DNA from: Octopus bimaculoides
Lineage: Eukaryota
Assembly (NCBI RefSeq): GCF_001194135.2
Contig: NC_068983.1
Span: forward strand, 91,325,968 to 91,379,842
Length of the DNA: 53,875 nucleotides
Direction of reading: 5' to 3'
Part shown: positions 49,967 through 53,875 of the stretch, in pieces
Position numbering within the stretch: position 1 is the first letter of the stretch
Layout of the letters: every line of letters begins with the position of its first letter
Translations under genes and position numbers: made by a program
Notes under the pieces: generated by a model
The model's database searches: none
What the model was told of the DNA's origin: nothing
What the model saw: only the letters and a program-made list of their open reading frames with translations

Positions 49967-50061
49967 GTTGGGGAGATTTTCACTGCTGCTGGGGCAGCAT
50001 TCAGTAGGTTAGGGGAGCTGACTATGTCTCTCCATCCAACAGCTGAACCAAACCCTGCCAG
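49967..50061 (+). CDS. BAP18: BAP18 N-terminal (probably second) exon
   Basis: TATTTTTTATTTTCAG|GTT GGG GAG...CCT GCC AG|GTCTGT, 95 nt, phase 0/2. Encodes VGEIFTAAGAAFSRLGELTMSLHPTAEPNPA versus recalled human VGEIFSAAGAAFTKLGELTMQLHPVADSSPA. Confidence 0.92.
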
Positions 50062-50668
50062 GTCTGTTATTGTAATTATTATTGTCTTAATTACCATGAA
50101 CATCATTGCTATTGTTATCATCATCATAATCAGTGCTTGTTACATTTGTTTCTAATCTATTCCTTATCCACCACCTGGTAACATTCATCAAGCTATTATG
50201 TCATCATTTTCTTATATAATTTTCCAAATGAATTATTTTTATGCTTACTTCAAATCAATAGTGTTTGTCTATATTCATCCCATTGAGTTCTTATATTTCT
50301 CTTCAACCTATCATTTATTCAATTTAGCATGACTTTCTTTTACTGACAGAAGTATTCTAAGATACCTTTGGGTTGGTAGCCAAAGTTGACAAAGAATGAA
50401 CTAGTGACATGTCACCACAACATACTCATAACTTGCTAGGTAAATGATATTCTTCCTCTGATGCAATTAAAAGTATCTATGGAAAGCTGACTGATAGTTT
50501 TAGCATAATTTTATATAAAAGTGTTTATATTAAGTTATTTTACTTTTATTTTGAAGGTTACTGCTAGTAACTACTTTTATGATGAATGATAACATTATTT
50601 CTGCTCTTCAAAGCTGATTTTATCAAATCTTATCTTTATTTTATTGAATTGATGTGGAAGAGATTTAA

Positions 50669-50883
50669 CCTTTTAACATTTAAACCAGCCATATCCTGCT
50701 TGAATATTTGACCTATTTTATGTTCAGAAGGACAGGTTTGATTTCTCACACCTACCCTACAATATTATTCTACAAATAAACCCATCATCAAAATCTCAAA
50801 GCTCTGAGATAACGCATGACTAATTAAAAACAATGTGAATGAGAAAGCATTGCATTTGACAGAATAATCTGGATGTTAAAGGA
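50669..50883. mobile_element. piggyBac-like MITE
   Basis: TTAA|CCTTTTAACAT ... ATGTTAAAGGA|TTAA: TTAA on both flanks and short imperfect TIRs. Confidence 0.6.
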
Positions 50884-51240
50884 TTAATCATAATGACTTT
50901 TACTTGAATCATTAAATAAGCAGCATTCATTCTTAAACAGCATTGGATTGGTATTTGTCTTATTACATCTTGTAATTGTGATCCATTAAATTTGCATTAA
51001 AAAGTTATAAATATTTCAATAGGGAGGTTATTCTAGAATACTAATAAAATATTAGCACAACTTTAATTTGTCCTCATGCATCAGTGAAATCATTAATTTT
51101 GTTGCTTGTAATAAATGTACTCTTCATCTTTCCAGATAGTTGATAAAATAAAATAGCAGTTAGGTAGTTATATCCCTATAATGCATTGGAGAGGTAAAGG
51201 GAATTATGGTAGAAAACTTTTATTACAAGTTTCACAAACA

Positions 51241-51383
51241 AGGCATGAGTTGGCTATATGGTAACAAGTTTGCTTCCCAACCACATAGTTCTCAGTTTGT
51301 CCCACTGCATAGTACTCTTCTATAGCCTTGGGCTGACCAAAGCCTTGTAAGTGGATTCGGTAAATGAAAACTGAAAGAAACCC

Positions 51384-51420
<37 letters not shown>

Positions 51421-51575
51421 ACGCATGCATGTGTCTGTTTATGTCCCTATAACTTAGCAAAAGAATAAGTACCAGGCTAAAAAAAAAAAATAATAATTCT
51501 GGTGTTGATTTATTTGACTAAAAATTCAGGGTGATACCCCAGCATGGCCCAGTCTAATGACTGAAACAAGTGAAA
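51241..51575 (+). mobile_element. tRNA-derived SINE, degenerate
   Basis: CCAACCACATAG, ATAGCCTTGGGCTGACCAAAGCCTTGT, AAACTGAAAGAAACCC and AATGACTGAAACAAGTG. Confidence 0.75.
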
Positions 51576-51739
51576 AAAAAGTATTTAGATAACAATTACA
51601 TTAATAAATAATAGATTTCAGGATAATACTATTACCTATTTCATAATGATAGATGTGTAGTGATTTAGTTAACCTAAATAAGATATGAACTTAGAGCCCC
51701 CAGTCATCAAACTAGATACAAATTAGGTAATTATGTTTC

Positions 51740-52660
51740 ATGGCAGTGAAACATGTGTACGAACAGCTATGCTTCATGGCAGTGAAACATGGGCCGTAAC
51801 TGCTGAAGACATGCGTAGGCTTGCAAGGAATGAAGCCAGTATGCTCCGATGGATGTGTAATGTCAGTGTGCATACTTGACAGAGCGTAAGTACCTTGAGA
51901 GAAAAGTTGAACCTAAGAAGCATCAGTTGTGGTGTGCAAGAGAGACGATTGCGCTGGTATAGTCATGTGGCGAGAATGGATGAGGATAGCTGTGTGAAAA
52001 AGTGCCACACCCTAGCAGTTGAGAGAACCTGTGGAAGAGGTAGGCCCAGGAAGACCTGGGATGAGGTGGTGAGGCACGACCTTCAAACATTGGGCCTCAC
52101 CGAGGCGATGACTTCTGACCGAGACCTTTGGAAATATGCTGTGCGTGAGAAGACCCAGCAAGCAAAGTCAGACCTAAATCCAAGGCTTCTGTCAGGGGTG
52201 TAGCCAGCCCACTTATGCGTACCTTTCCTTCATTGGACACTAAACTCTGCTTGCAAAGACCTGTTGAGGCAAGTGAAATCGAAATCGAACTAAATTTGAC
52301 GACTGGCACCCATGCCAACGTCGTCTCCTTCATTGGACACAAAACTCAGCTGGCGAAGACCTGTTGGGGCAAGTGAAGGCGAAATCGTGATGATACCTGT
52401 GCCCGGCGTCGCCTTCCTGGCACTTGTGCCGGTGGCACGTGTAAAGACATTCAAGCGAGATCGTTGCCAGTGCCACTGGACTGGTAAGTGGCACGTTAAA
52501 TACACCATTTTGAGCGTGGCCGTCGCCAGTACCGCCTGACTGGCCTTCGTGCCGATGGCACGTAAAAGCACCCACTAGACTCTCGGAGTGGTTGGCGTTA
52601 GGAAGGGCATCCAGCTGTAGAAACTCTGCCAAATCAGATTGGAGCCTGGTGTAGCCATCT
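51740..52660 (+). mobile_element. RTE LINE 3' part (RT C-terminus and 3'UTR, tail truncated)
   Basis: [48 protein letters not shown]. 3'UTR similar to 10790-11400. Confidence 0.9.
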
Positions 52661-52685
52661 GTTTGATGAGTGTTCTTATTTATAT

Positions 52686-52772
52686 TCTTCCTGATGAGAT
52701 TGATGCATTGCTGACCATAATTTATCCTGTTGGACGTTTTTGGAGTGCGTCCATCAAAACATACGTAGAAGA
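52686..52772 (+). ncRNA. Degenerate minimal type I hammerhead (G12-to-A)
   Basis: TCTTC-CTGATGA-GAT-[long loop]-ATC-AAAAC-ATAC-GTA-GAAGA. Stem I has 5 bp. The ancestral form would read CGAAACGTACGTA before CpG decay. Confidence 0.55.
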
Positions 52773-52944
52773 CTTCAAGATGGTTTAACTACATCCCAAG
52801 CATTCCTCTCCTTATTCAACTTTCCTCTGTGTGTGTGTGTGTGCATAAATATATATATGTGTATATGTGTATATAGATGTATATGTATATAGGTACACGA
52901 CACTGCTTTTCCTCTTCCCAGGCTACANNNNNNNNNNTATATAC

Positions 52945-52993
<49 letters not shown>

Positions 52994-53359
52994 TGTATAT
53001 GTGTATATAGATGTATATATATATCTGTATATAAAAAAGGCAGGATGTGCGTGTGTGTGTGTATGTGAATATAATTTATGCACGTCTACAAATTAGCACG
53101 CATGTCACTCCAATTTTAGGAGGACATTCGTCATGACCCTAGCTGTATTTTTGTCAACTTATCTTCCTCAGAGACACCAGCGAATAGCAGTAAAAATAAA
53201 TTTTCAACCAAAACTTTTAACAATTTTCAAGTCAGAGAAATCCACCATTGTTTACAACAGGAGTTATGTCCCCTTGTAGTGAAGAGTAAGTTTTTGTTTA
53301 GACTTTTGTTGTTTATTTTTTCATCAAGGAAAAAAGTGTTTTGTTGATTTACAGTCTTT

Positions 53360-53875
53360 ATTGCATCTGAACATCTGCCACATACAAAAACTAACTTCCT
53401 AGTTAACCTGCCTTTGATATTGCTGCACCTCTTATGTGTCCATAGCTTGCACCGGGTACATTTTATAGAGTTACTACCTACTCCTTTTCTACATCTACCT
53501 GAATGGGGTTTGTGTTTTATCTACCTTCCTACTTATTAGGATTTTAGTTTTAGCTAGGTTGACTCTAAGGCCCTTCGATTCTAGTCCTTGCTTCCACACC
53601 TGAAACTTCTCCTCTAGTTCTGATAGTGACTCCGCAATTATTGCAAGGTCATCAGCATAGAGGAGCTCCCAGGGGCAACCTGTCTTGAACTCCTCTGTGA
53701 TCGCCTGGAGGACTATGATAAATAGGAGGGGGCTGAGGACGGAACCTTGGTGGACCCCTACCTCTACCAGGAATTCATTGCTGTACTCATTTCCAATCCT
53801 CACCTTACTGGCAGCATCTCTGTACATGGCTCGCACAGCTCTCACTAACCATTCTTCTATCCCAAGTTTCCTCAT
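53360..53875 (-). mobile_element. RTE LINE RT fragment (runs off the window)
   Basis: MRKLGIEEWLVRAVRAMYRD..GVHQGSVLSPLLF..ELLYADDL. Confidence 0.9.

Noticed and set aside
49901-50155. 84-aa ORF with a hydrophobic C-terminus that looks like a small membrane protein
   Set aside because: Only 49967-50061 is coding (BAP18 exon). The flanks are the polypyrimidine tract and intronic ATT/ATC-rich low-complexity sequence read through the splice sites.

Overview
AT-rich, microsatellite-dense and gap-rich animal genomic DNA. The tRNA-type SINE and RTE LINE families look like those of Octopus (my recognition, not a database result). Most of the window is decayed transposons: about 10 RTE LINE pieces, CR1-like LINEs, Penelope-like elements (PLEs), a Tx1/L1-like element, a Gypsy gag-protease relic, hAT, Helitron, Tc1/mariner, several MITEs and SINEs. 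The only host gene I can support is BAP18 (C17orf49). Its C-terminal exons are on the minus strand (38752-38850, 36033-36055), while its N-terminal exon is on the plus strand (49967-50061) across an exactly 100-N gap, most simply explained by a mis-oriented scaffold block. The most interesting signals are RNA-level. A ~770-bp repeat carries all hammerhead ribozyme core motifs in a non-circularly permuted order (4 motif copies). There is also an intact-core minimal type I hammerhead at 6342-6433 (-) and a G12-mutated one at 52686-52772 (+). Most ORFs in the supplied track are artefacts of N-gaps or microsatellites. All family assignments rest on motif recognition by eye; no searches were run.
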